DNA of 63,326 nt, counting the filler, from Candidatus Woesearchaeota archaeon (GTDB taxonomy: Archaea > Nanobdellota > Nanobdellia > Woesearchaeales > J072), in the NCBI GenBank assembly GCA_003695265.1. It is 10 parts of 10 records of this genome, joined end to end, with 100 filler letters (N's around TTAATTAATTAA, not from the genome) between each part and the next. Parts side by side here need not be neighbours in the genome. Positions count along the whole stretch, not along the records: positions 38,234 to 41,088 come from RFII01000058.1; positions 41,189 to 48,353 come from RFII01000059.1; positions 48,454 to 51,355 come from RFII01000060.1; 7 more parts are not named here. One strand, written 5' to 3'. How positions within the stretch are numbered: the first letter of the stretch is position 1; each line of letters opens with the position of its first letter. The notes beneath the pieces are model-generated. The model was not told the DNA's origin. It ran no database searches and saw only the letters and a list, made by a program, of their open reading frames with translations. The translations under genes were made by a program, and so were the position numbers. Shown in pieces: positions 38,594-48,522 of this stretch.

Positions 38594-39367
38594 ATGGAAG
38601 AGCATGAGAGTAAAGAAATAAAAAAACACGCTGCAAAGCACCATAAGAGGCATAGGGAAGAGAATATTGTGACAAAGCCTGTTGCTGCGCTCATGGTTTT
38701 GGCAATACTTGTTGTTTTGTTTAACCAGGTGCAGATAAACAGCATTTCAAAAATGCTTGAACATGGCATTTCAACAAAGACTTCCAGCTCAGGAACTCCT
38801 CTGCTTGCCGGCGAAAAAGACCTTTCCAGCATAAACATTGACGAGCTCAAAACAACAGGCCACACAGTGGCGGCTGTTTTTCCTGTGGAAAATATCAAAA
38901 CACCTGATGATGCTATGGCAATAATGTTTCCGACAGGAACGCCTGATTACGGCGAGGAGTTAGGCGTCAGCTATGACGACCCTGTTTCGTCCTTGTCAGT
39001 TCTTGCAAGAATGTACCGCGGCTTAAAGGACGAGGTGCAAAAGAATAATCCAGAAGCGTGGCATAGGTTCATGAGCTTGGCTTCGAAGCCTGTCGGAATA
39101 TCATGCGAGTACTGCTGCGGAGTAGGCCCGGTTGGAATTGACAAGAACGGGAATTCAGCGTGCGGATGCCAGCACAACCCAGCGCTGCTCACAGTAGCAT
39201 TGTACCTGACAGCATACACTGATTACACAGACGGAGAAATACTTAGGGAAGTGATGAGGTGGAAAACCCTGTTTTTCCCTAAGAAAATGATAGAGCTCGG
39301 AATGACAGTTGCAGGGGGAGACACATCAGCATTAGATAACCTGCCAGGAATGGTTGGCGGCTGCTAA
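38594..39367 (+). CDS. Membrane-anchored Cys-motif protein ending LPGMVGGC
   Basis: His-rich N-terminus, TM, SCEYCCG...ACGCQH motif. Confidence 0.85.
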   Translation: MEEHESKEIKKHAAKHHKRHREENIVTKPVAALMVLAILVVLFNQVQINSISKMLEHGISTKTSSSGTPLLAGEKDLSSINIDELKTTGHTVAAVFPVENIKTPDDAMAIMFPTGTPDYGEELGVSYDDPVSSLSVLARMYRGLKDEVQKNNPEAWHRFMSLASKPVGISCEYCCGVGPVGIDKNGNSACGCQHNPALLTVALYLTAYTDYTDGEILREVMRWKTLFFPKKMIELGMTVAGGDTSALDNLPGMVGGC

Positions 39368-39397
39368 ACAAAAAAAACATTTAGGAGGTAAAGGAAG

Positions 39398-39628
39398 ATG
39401 AGGATAAGAAAAGCAACTTTTGTGGCGATAATACTAGGACTGCTTGTTATTATATCTGTGGTGCAGGCTTTCCAGCTGAACAGCCTGAAAGAGAAAGTGG
39501 CTGAGGGGGAGATGAAGATTTCCTCGGCCAGCAGCACTACCAGCGCTGCTGCAGGAAGCAGCGGAAGGCAAACGGCAAGCTTGCCTAGCAGCATAAAAGA
39601 CTTGCCGCAAATGGTCGGAGGCTGCTAA
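39398..39628 (+). CDS. Small membrane-anchored protein ending LPQMVGGC
   Basis: GGAGG RBS; TM, Ser/Ala linker, same C-terminal motif as the upstream gene. Confidence 0.82.
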   Translation: MRIRKATFVAIILGLLVIISVVQAFQLNSLKEKVAEGEMKISSASSTTSAAAGSSGRQTASLPSSIKDLPQMVGGC

Positions 39629-39697
39629 AAACAAATCTTTTTTTATTATTTTCTTATTTAAGTGTTCAAGATAAAACGTTTTAGAAGGTGAGGAAAA

Positions 39698-41088
39698 ATG
39701 GAAGAACAAGAAGAGCATAAAAAAACGCATGATCACAAGCATCACAAAAGAAATATAGCTTCAAAGGAATCTTCAGGAAAAGTTTTCACAGCTTTGGGGA
39801 TTATTTTAATAATCGTTGCGCTTTACAATGTTTTTCAAACATCATCTTTAAGCAGTGTTTTTAATGAGAAAATCAAAGAGGCGGAATTGGCTGCTAAGCC
39901 GGCAGAAGTCCAGCTGACAATAATAACTACGCCTTCCTGCGAGGACTGCTTTGATATATCCTCAGCAGTTAGCATGATAGAATCAACAGGGGTTAATGTC
40001 ACCAGCAAAAAAGAAGTTGAGTTTCTCAGCCCGGAATCATTGTCTCTGGTTGAGGAGTACCAAATTGAGAGAGTGCCAACAGTTATAATAACTGGAGAGA
40101 TTAACAAGTCAAGGTCTCTGGGCAACAAGCTGAGGAGCAGCGCTGAGAAAAAAGGAGAAGCATACGTTTTCACAAAAGTAGAGCCACCGTTCATTGACGC
40201 GAATGTTGGAAAGGTCAGGGGAAAAATCTCACTAATTCATATCAGGAAATATGATTGTGAGAAGTGCTTTAACCTCACGCCTTTCATCAGCCAGCTAAGC
40301 GACCTAGGCTTAAAGTTTGAGGAGCAAAGGACTGTCAGTAGCGACAGCAAAGAAGGAAGAGAGCTTATCAAAAAATACGACATAAAAAAACTGCCAACAG
40401 TAATAATGGACAAGGAAGCAGAAGTTTACCCAACAATAGCAGAAAACTGGGACAACATGGGAAGCATAGAAGAAGGCAATTACTTTGTTATGAGGCAAGT
40501 GAGCCCGCCTTATTATGACGTTGATGAAGGAAGGCTAAAAGGGTTAGTGTCAATGAAAGTTCTTTTAGACAGCTCATGCGGTGAGTGCTATGACCCAAAC
40601 AGGTTCCACAAGCCAATACTGCAGCAAATGGGCGTTGTGTTTGACAAGGAAGAAGAGATTGATGTTTCAAGCGATGAAGGAAAAGAGCTTATCAAAAAAT
40701 ACGACATAGAGAAAGTGCCAACAATAATATTGACGGGTGATGTTGAGGAATACCCTGTCTTAGTAAACGCTTGGAAGAGCGTGGGCACAAACGAGTCAGA
40801 CGGAGCTTATGTTTTCAGGGCTGTGGAAGTCTCAAGGCAGGCTTACAAGAACCTGACAAGCGGAGAAGTCATCGGCGGAAAAGCTTCTTCCAGCAGCAAA
40901 ACCCAGAAGGATGACTCAAGCGGGAAAGATGAAGCAGAGCTCAGCAGCGTGAAAGACTTCAATGTAACGGCAAAGCAATGGGAATTCACGCCAAAGGTTA
41001 TAAGAGTCAAGCTTGGCGACACAGTAAGGCTTCACGTGAAAAGCATTGACGTGACGCATGGCTTGGCCTTGCCTGATTTCGGAATAAA
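39698..41088 (+). CDS. Membrane-anchored triple thioredoxin-like (CxxC) protein fused to a cupredoxin domain, 3' end missing
   Basis: CEDC, CEKC, CGEC, each followed by a Y.I..(V/L)PT cis-Pro loop; C-terminal AKQWEFTP..IRVK.GD.V.L.V.S.DVTHG. Confidence 0.82.
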
Positions 41089-41188
41089 NNNNNNNNNNNN
41101 NNNNNNNNNNNNNNNNNNNNNNNNNNNNNNNNTTAATTAATTAANNNNNNNNNNNNNNNNNNNNNNNNNNNNNNNNNNNNNNNNNNNN
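41089..41188. other. Artificial contig linker
   Basis: N-run with TTAATTAATTAA. Confidence 0.99.
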
Positions 41189-41198
41189 ACCAAAAAGA

Positions 41199-41492
41199 AT
41201 GCCTATGCAGTACCCTGAAGAGACAATTACAACAAGCCAGAAAGGCAGAAAAGAGGTTCGCGTCCTAATAAGCAGAGGCAAGTTTGTTCGCTACAATTAC
41301 CTTGATCCAGAAACAGGAAAGCCTGCTGAGCAGGGAAAGGAAAGCATTCTGCTAAAATCCGAGAACGGCGAAGAGGAGCACCTTTTCTGCATACCCTTAA
41401 AAAACGGCAGAAACATTTTAATAAGAAAAAAGAATGATAAAAAAAGGAAGTTGTGGGACCCTAAATCAAAAAAAGCGGTTGATGCGTTATGA
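41199..41492 (+). CDS. Hypothetical protein
   Basis: 97-aa ORF coupled to the next gene by ATGA overlap. Confidence 0.6.
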   Translation: MPMQYPEETITTSQKGRKEVRVLISRGKFVRYNYLDPETGKPAEQGKESILLKSENGEEEHLFCIPLKNGRNILIRKKNDKKRKLWDPKSKKAVDAL

Positions 41493-41734
41493 AAAAGGAA
41501 ATAGAAGAAACGCTTGAAAAAGTCAAAGAGCTTGAGAAAGAAGATCCTTTATCTGAGGAAGATCTTAAAAAGAGCGATGAAGAATTCAGGAAAGAGAACG
41601 AACAGCTGAAAAAAATGCTTGAAAGCGAGTTTTCCTACAAGTACAAAGGAAAAAAAGTGAGGATATCTTTAGAAGAGGAAAACGTAGAATTGAAAAAAAT
41701 ACTGGAGCAGATGAGAAAGTCTCAGCCTACGTAA
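41489..41734 (+). CDS. Hypothetical charged protein
   Basis: 81-aa ORF with an internal EN.(E/Q)LKK.LE repeat. Confidence 0.55.
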   Translation: MKKEIEETLEKVKELEKEDPLSEEDLKKSDEEFRKENEQLKKMLESEFSYKYKGKKVRISLEEENVELKKILEQMRKSQPT

Positions 41735-42432
41735 GACATCATTTTCTTCTCCTGCTGGCTTCTCGCTATACTGCTTTGCTGTAACAAGCCCTTAATTTTC
41801 TCCTCGAATTTCTCTGCCTGTTTTAGCAGCGGCGCAGTATCAACTTTTAATCCGAGATACTTGTCAAGTATTTCAATAACTCTTGCGGCTGCCTTGCTGT
41901 CAGGAAACTGGCTGTGAGTGTCTGCAAAAATGCAGGACATTGGAATATTTCCAACTTCAAGAAGCAAAGCCGCAGTAACACCCATTATTATCCCCTCCTT
42001 AAGCGGCGTAACGCCTATTTTCTCAAACTTCTTTTTTCCTTTAGCATGATTCGCAAAATAAAAAGCCTTCTCCTCTGTAAGAGGCGAGCTGGCACCCACG
42101 CCCTCAACGCTTATAAGCTCTTTCGCCTTTAATTCTTTCGCAAGGTCAACCAGCGCTTCTGAGACCTTCCACTCATAGCCCTGCGTTGTTGTCACCATGT
42201 GGAATATTAATAAGTTGTATTTCTTGTCATAATAAATTCCCATTGGGTGCACTAATTTTGATTCGTGTATTGCAACAATGGAAGGCATTTCCTCAAACAT
42301 GAAATTCCCAATAATTTCTGCTTTTAAATGCTCGACCAAGAATTCTGTTGTTATTGTCCCGACAAGGCCGAAGCCTGGAAAACCTTCAATTATAGTAACC
42401 CCTTTTGGTTTTTTCTTTAATTTTAATTTCAT
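41722..42432 (-). CDS. PAC2-family proteasome assembly chaperone
   Basis: IIEGFPGFGLVGTI, PDSKAAA, LGLKVDT.PLLKQA. Confidence 0.9.
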   Translation of the reverse strand: MKLKLKKKPKGVTIIEGFPGFGLVGTITTEFLVEHLKAEIIGNFMFEEMPSIVAIHESKLVHPMGIYYDKKYNLLIFHMVTTTQGYEWKVSEALVDLAKELKAKELISVEGVGASSPLTEEKAFYFANHAKGKKKFEKIGVTPLKEGIIMGVTAALLLEVGNIPMSCIFADTHSQFPDSKAAARVIEILDKYLGLKVDTAPLLKQAEKFEEKIKGLLQQSSIARSQQEKKMMSYVG

Positions 42433-42534
42433 ACAGGCACACCTCTTTTCAGTATTCTGTTTGTGCTCTTTCTTATTTAAAATTATCTTTTTTAATCAAA
42501 AGCTTTATATACCTATTTTCTCAGGTTTAAGCTT

Positions 42535-43896
42535 ATGCAAAACAAAAAGATGCTGATTTTCTTAGGCTTATTTTTATTACTTGCAGCATCAAATGTTTTC
42601 GCAGCCACTAACTGGTTAACAGACATTTTTCAAGACGCTTCTTTTGACCCAGCAGAGCTTTACAAGGATTACGGGCCGTTCATTGACTTTGTTATTTACC
42701 TCATAATATTTATCGGTCTTACTAGAACTGTCTTTGACAGAGTATATGGGACTAAGGGCGGCTCAAAAGCAATTTCTATCGGCCTAGGTATCGCAATGTC
42801 CATTGGCCTTTCAGTGTGGGGCAAATTCCGCATCGGCGATTTCGGGCCTATTGTTGCGCTTATCCTAATACTCTTAGTAGGCATAGTCCTTTTCAATCTT
42901 CTAAGGAAAGCCGGCTTGGGCATAGGCTCAGCCGCATTTGCTTTTCTCATAGTTTATTTTATACTCAAAGGCGCCCTTCCAGATGTTTTTGTTTGGTTAG
43001 AGCAAAAAATTCCTTGGCTCGGCCCCATCTTAGGTTTTTTGGTTTTTGTTTGCGTTTTCCTTGCTATCGGCGCCGTTCTTAAGAAAATCACTGGTGGAGG
43101 CCCCTTCAGCGGCCATTCAGGCCCGAGAAGAAGCTTCAGGGATCACATCGGCGAAGAGATGAATAAGCAAAGGATAAAGCAGGCCAGAAAAGACGCGAAG
43201 AGAGCAGAGCGCGAGCTTGAGAGCGCAAAAAAAGACGAGGAAAAAGAAAAGCATGAGTTGCGCGACTTTGAAAAACTTGAAAAAAAGGAAAAAAGAGAGC
43301 TTCATGAAATAGAGCGCGACCTTAATGTAATCAGAGACGCAATCCACAAGTATGGTGAAAGCCCAGAAGACCGCGCCAAAATAATAACAAAGATTCATGA
43401 GATATTCTCTGATGCACAGGAGCTCCAAGGCCACACTCCTAAGATGCAGGAATTATTGAAAGAAATTGAGGCTCTTGAGCAGGAAGCTGTGAGAAATGAG
43501 GAAAAATCAGAAGCTGAGGGAGAAAAGGCTTTGGAAGAGGCGCCTGATAAAGACGCTGCAAAAAAGGCAAAAGACTTTGAGGAAAGGGCAGCTGATCAAA
43601 GAAAGAGGGCTGCTGACGAATTGAAAAGATTAAGGGAGGAGCTAAGCCCTCTGATGAGAAGGCTTCAGTTTTATGAGCAGGCGTTCCCGCAAAGGATACA
43701 GTGGGTTTTGAATGCTTTGCAGCAGAACAATTTGGTTAATGCCATAAAGCAGATTGATGGTTGCATAAGATACGTGAAAGGCTTGGAAGAAATACTGAGA
43801 AAGATAAGGCATGCGCGTGAAAAAATAGAGAGGGACATTAAGAAGCAGATTCATGACACAAGGCATATGAAAAAGGATGAAAAAGCTGCGGAATAA
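42535..43896 (+). CDS. Signal peptide + multi-TM anchor + C-terminal coiled coil
   Basis: VFA-ATNWL signal; FIDFVIYLIIFIG; about five TMs; long charged heptad tail. Confidence 0.85.
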   Translation: MQNKKMLIFLGLFLLLAASNVFAATNWLTDIFQDASFDPAELYKDYGPFIDFVIYLIIFIGLTRTVFDRVYGTKGGSKAISIGLGIAMSIGLSVWGKFRIGDFGPIVALILILLVGIVLFNLLRKAGLGIGSAAFAFLIVYFILKGALPDVFVWLEQKIPWLGPILGFLVFVCVFLAIGAVLKKITGGGPFSGHSGPRRSFRDHIGEEMNKQRIKQARKDAKRAERELESAKKDEEKEKHELRDFEKLEKKEKRELHEIERDLNVIRDAIHKYGESPEDRAKIITKIHEIFSDAQELQGHTPKMQELLKEIEALEQEAVRNEEKSEAEGEKALEEAPDKDAAKKAKDFEERAADQRKRAADELKRLREELSPLMRRLQFYEQAFPQRIQWVLNALQQNNLVNAIKQIDGCIRYVKGLEEILRKIRHAREKIERDIKKQIHDTRHMKKDEKAAE

Positions 43897-43962
43897 AAAT
43901 CAGTTTCTTCTCGGTAAAATTCAAAAAGTTTAAATACTATCTGTTCAACAAATTAGGCTAGT

Positions 43963-45102
43963 ATGAGATTTGATTGGAAAAAGAGCGTGTTAGCAATACT
44001 TATAGCACTGTTTTCTTTGCAAAAAAATGTTTTAGCCGCTAATTGGCTGAATGATTTTTTCTCTGAATTCGCTAACTTTGACATGGCCAGGATTTACAGC
44101 CAGTACCACAGCTTCATCGACTTCTTCATCTACGTTATGATCTTTGTCGGCATAGGCCAAGTAACTCTTTACAGGATTTACAAAGGCAAAGACGTTAACA
44201 ACGCAGCAAAGGCAGTCAGCGTTGGTGTGGGCTTGGCCTTAGCAATTGCGCTGACTGTTTTTAAGCCAGAAGTCTTCTCAATCTCAACTCTTGGCCCAAT
44301 AGCCGCAATAATCATTGTGATTCTTCTTGGCATAGTCTTATTTGGTGTTTTAAGACCAGTAACAGGGGATTCTGGGGGGTCTGCTGCAATAGCATTGATT
44401 GTTACATATTTCGTAATGCGCGGAGTAGTCCCAAGCGTTTATAATTGGATTAAGCAGCACGCCCCTTTCATTAACGGCTTCATGGGCATAGTCATCCTGA
44501 TAGCTATAATAAGGGCTTTCCAATGGATTTGGAGGGCATTAAGCGGAAGAGGGTCTGGTGGTGGAGATGATGGCGGAAGTGGTGGAGGTGATGATGGGGG
44601 AGGAGGTGGTGGAATACTGCCCAGGCGCAGAATAAGGGATGAAGAGGATGAAGGCCCTCCTAGAAGGCGCGGCTGGAAGCCGAACAAAGTCCATAACTTT
44701 AATGTCAGGCACATGGGCGACCACGTTCAGATGTGGTGGGACCCAAGGCCTGATGATGAAAGAATAACCTTTTATGAGATTCAAAAGAAATCCATTGCCA
44801 GGTTTGGATTCTTTAGGGAGCACACTATTTGGCGATTGCAGATTCAGCCTACAAGGTCATTTACGTGGCGCACAGTCTATCATGATGTTCATGTCGGCAC
44901 TCAGGCTAATCCTGTCATTGACAATTTTAAGGTTAAGCCAGGCCACGATTACAAGTACAGGATTGCCGCCTCAAACGAAGCTGGAAGAGGCCCTTACGCT
45001 TATACTGAAACAAACCTTGTTGCGCAGAACTTCATGCCAATAATACTAAACGTTACTGTTGATCATGATGGTAACGCAACATTAGAAGGAGTTATAAGGT
45101 GA
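43963..45102 (+). CDS. Paralogous signal peptide + multi-TM anchor + Gly/Asp linker + fibronectin type III domain
   Basis: VLA-ANWL; FIDFFIYVMIFVG; FN3 pattern P..V.NF.V......MWW....I.FYEI ... VKPGHDYKYRIAASNEAGRGP. Confidence 0.85.
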   Translation: MRFDWKKSVLAILIALFSLQKNVLAANWLNDFFSEFANFDMARIYSQYHSFIDFFIYVMIFVGIGQVTLYRIYKGKDVNNAAKAVSVGVGLALAIALTVFKPEVFSISTLGPIAAIIIVILLGIVLFGVLRPVTGDSGGSAAIALIVTYFVMRGVVPSVYNWIKQHAPFINGFMGIVILIAIIRAFQWIWRALSGRGSGGGDDGGSGGGDDGGGGGGILPRRRIRDEEDEGPPRRRGWKPNKVHNFNVRHMGDHVQMWWDPRPDDERITFYEIQKKSIARFGFFREHTIWRLQIQPTRSFTWRTVYHDVHVGTQANPVIDNFKVKPGHDYKYRIAASNEAGRGPYAYTETNLVAQNFMPIILNVTVDHDGNATLEGVIR

Positions 45103-45107
45103 TTTAA

Positions 45108-45704
45108 ACGTCAATAGACAATGCCGGAGAACTTGAAAAGGAGAAAAAACCGCTTCCCCTCAAAAAAATTGTAGGCTTTGTGATGGGCATTAAAAATAAG
45201 CAGTACACTCGGCCGTTAATGCCTGCTAATGTTTACCTAAAAATAGTTTTAAAACACGGTGAAAAACCAATAATTATCAATCCCTGGAGCAAAGAAGATT
45301 ACAAACTTCTTGAGAAAAAATTCCCAAAGGTTTTTGAGGATGTCAAGCCAAACATAAAATTCTTCAAGCCATACCAGATTCCTGAGTGGGTTAAATCAGA
45401 AGACCACATGGGTTATTTTGAGTTCGAGGCTCCTATATCAAAACTTTGGGATTACTTAATCACAGCAGTGGTTGAGAAGGATGAGAGGAGCGTACTTGAC
45501 GAGGGAAGCGATAATGGTGAGGGAAAGCAGGATTTCATTTACTCAAACGTATTAAATCAAACAAAAGGTGATTACGGTCCTGTAATAGTCGCTTTTTTTG
45601 ACAAGTGGCTGCCAGAGCCGCCTCCTAAAAAACTGAGGGACACAAAGCCGCCAACGCCAAAAGAAATTGAGGACATGATGAAATACGCCTTAATCAAAAA
45701 GTAA
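45108..45704 (+). CDS. Hypothetical protein (start either ACG 45108 or GTG/ATG 45180/45183)
   Basis: Frame open from 45108; GGTGAT RBS just before ACG; next gene begins 4 nt after the stop. Confidence 0.65.
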   Translation, partial: TSIDNAGELEKEKKPLPLKKIVGFVMGIKNKQYTRPLMPANVYLKIVLKHGEKPIIINPWSKEDYKLLEKKFPKVFEDVKPNIKFFKPYQIPEWVKSEDHMGYFEFEAPISKLWDYLITAVVEKDERSVLDEGSDNGEGKQDFIYSNVLNQTKGDYGPVIVAFFDKWLPEPPPKKLRDTKPPTPKEIEDMMKYALIKK

Positions 45705-45708
45705 AAAA

Positions 45709-48353
45709 ATGGTTGATGTAAAAGATTTAAGAAAAAGGGGAATAAAGCCTCCCAGCATCGATCACTCCAATGCTTTCTTGGAGTGCATGAACCAGAAACC
45801 TTTAGGGGCCTGCACAGGCTTTGCAGCAGCAGGAATTACTGAATATTACCTGTACAAGCTTTCTGGAAAAAAGAATCCTGAGCAAAGCATGAGGCGCTCC
45901 CCACTATTCTTATGGTGGATGTTCAGACCCACAGATTGCCCTACTCATAATAAGAGGGATAGGAATGAAGGATCTTATTGGCCTGGTTATGTTCAGGTGC
46001 TTGTCGATGAAGGGGCTTGTGATATTGACAAATATGATAATCCAACACTTATAGACACAAATAAAGGAAATAAGCAAGGATGCGGGGGTTATGACGGTCA
46101 TTTCACAGAAACTCCGTCGCGAGAGGCTTTTAACAACGCTGCTTCCAATAAAATATTTACAGGATTTGATGTATTGCCAAATGATCCTGATGCTTGGATT
46201 CAAGCTTTGCATGACGGTGACGTAATACTTCTGACATCACAAACCAAATTTCCCGAGAACATCACTGATTCTGGTGGTGATGCACTTCTTTCAGATAATA
46301 TAAAAAAATTTTCTGGGGCTCACGCGTGGCTGGTTGTTGGTTATGACAACAATTACAAGGGAACTGGTAAGGAAGTGTTCAAGCTGAGAAACAGCTACGG
46401 AACTGGCTGGAAAGAAAACGGCTATTGCTATATTGAGCTGAAAACAATAAAAAGGATGCATTCTAATGCTGTCAGGATGAAAACAAAGGCTACTCCTGCA
46501 CCGCCGCCAATGCCAAGTCCTCCTCCTGCGCCTCCTCCAGGCCCAATCCCGACTCCCACGCCCACTCCAACCCCCGCACCTACACCGACTCCAACTCCCA
46601 CACCTACGCCTCCAAGCACTGGCAATTACAAGTATGCTTGGGCAATATTCACTAGCAATCATGATTTTCAGGACGCTCAGCAGAACTTCAGGCCCCCAGC
46701 AGCAATAAGGGGAACTATTATTGCGCAAGGCTCCGCAAGCCTAAACAGGCCTTTCACTAATATTGTACCAAACTTCCAGATGCAGCCGGGTTGGAAATTA
46801 GGGCTTGGCGCCTGCAACACAACCAACCCGAATTTCTGGATATGGGTTGACTGGACCGGCCATAACCCAGGCTCAATTTACGGCGAAATAAAAGACGAAG
46901 CAGGAAATCCTCTTCAAGGCGTTCAAGTTACTTGGAACGGTTTAACAACTGTTAGCAGGGCAGATGGTCATTACACAATTTCTGTTGACCCGACAAAATT
47001 TGGGACCTTCCCCTTGGAGGCAAAGCACACTGACTGCGATGATTTCAAGAATCCTGGCATTGCTGTCACTAATTCTAACCCTCATATTCAGTATGACTTC
47101 CAGATGACAAGGAAGAAAAGTAAAATTATAGGCCACACATTAAGCACAGAGCACGGAAATCCAAGAATTCCTGGTGTTAAGATAGAACTTACTGGAGGTC
47201 ATACAACAACATCTAATCCAGACGGCTCATACGAGTTAGAATTGCCTGCCGGAACATATGATGTTAAGGCAACAAAGATGGGCTTTAAGGAAAAAAGAAT
47301 CAACAGTGTTATTGTTCCACCAAGAGGCACGGCAAGGCAGGACATCCATCTTGAGCCTGACTATGCTAAAATAATCGGCCGCGTCATTGACTGGGATGAA
47401 GCAGATAAGGATGGAAGGCTTGCAGGTGCGGATGACAACACTCTTTATCATAACACAAACATTGGTGCAAAGGAAAACATTAAAGTGGTTTTAGGCGGAA
47501 CAACCTCAGGAACCACTATTGACACTCCGGACATATTAAGTACAAGGACAAGGTCCGGCGGCTGGTTTGAATTTGGCAACGTAAAGCCGGGAAAATACAT
47601 CGTTTACCTACCGGACAACACTTTTGAGCAAGGAGGCAGAAGAGTTCTTCCTCACCACAGGCTAAGGCCTTATGGAAGGCCCATTGACAGGCCGGTCGAA
47701 GTTGACTGGGGTGATGAGTTCAAGCACGTGATAGTTGCTGTGAAAGAAGATACTGGCAATAAGCCAACAGTGAGAATAATCCAGCCTAAGCCGACTCCAC
47801 CACACAATCCTATACCAGAAGACAGCGATGAAGAAATAACCTTTGAGGGCGAATTCTTGAACGTTGACCCTTCATTCAAGTCGCATTACAAATGGTACAT
47901 CAATGGAAGGGTGATTGACGAGAATTCAAATGGCACAAACAAGACAACTGTGTTCAAGAAAAAATTAAGAGATTTGGGTCTTGGCGTTGGAACGCACACC
48001 ATAAAATTGGAGTTGTTAAACTCGCCAACAAGGCCGAGAAGGATTTCTGATAGTGTTGATATTATTGTGGGGCCTGCAAAGAGAACATACATTGGAGGTT
48101 ATGTTGTAAAATATTCTGACGACACCAAGACAATCCCCTTAGCTGATGTTGAGCTTGTTGACATTTCTGGAGGTTTTAGGCCGGCAGACAGGACGCTGGT
48201 AAAATATACAACTACAACAGATAATAATGGGCATTTTGAGTTTGAGGGTGTTGCTCCAGGGAAATACAAGGTTAGGGCTAGAAAAAATGGTTATGAGGAT
48301 GGAGTTCATACTGATCCTGGAGGCCACCCGCCGAATGACATTGACGTGACTCC
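45709..48353 (+). CDS. C1 papain-like cysteine peptidase with PT linker and carboxypeptidase-regulatory/Ig-like repeats, 3' end missing
   Basis: NQKPLGACTGFA (Q, C), GAHAWLVVGY (H), LRNSYG..W.ENGY (N); (PT)n linker; repeated G.Y.L...PAGTY.VKA.K.G modules. Confidence 0.88.
46490..46620 (+). repeat. Pro-rich / Pro-Thr low-complexity linker inside the peptidase
   Basis: Encodes TPAPPPMPSPPPAPPPGPIPTPTPTPTPAPTPTPTPTPTPPST. Confidence 0.85.
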
Positions 48354-48453
48354 NNNNNNNNNNNNNNNNNNNNNNNNNNNNNNNNNNNNNNNNNNNNTTA
48401 ATTAATTAANNNNNNNNNNNNNNNNNNNNNNNNNNNNNNNNNNNNNNNNNNNN
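48354..48453. other. Artificial contig linker
   Basis: N-run with TTAATTAATTAA. Confidence 0.99.
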
Positions 48454-48507
48454 GTGCCTTGCGGCTCAGGCCACAGCAGCATGAGAGGCCAGCTCGTCGT
48501 GGAATAA
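48454..48507 (+). CDS. 3' end of a CuA-type cupredoxin domain
   Basis: Manual translation VPCGSGHSSMRGQLVVE*, the C-x3-H-x2-M end of a CuA loop. Confidence 0.75.
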   Translation: MPCGSGHSSMRGQLVVE

Positions 48508-48522
48508 TAAGGAGATTGGAGC

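Noticed and set aside
41088..41199. Apparent linkage of the MVGGC/cupredoxin genes to the PAC2 and protease contig
   Set aside because: Separated by a linker; contig order is arbitrary
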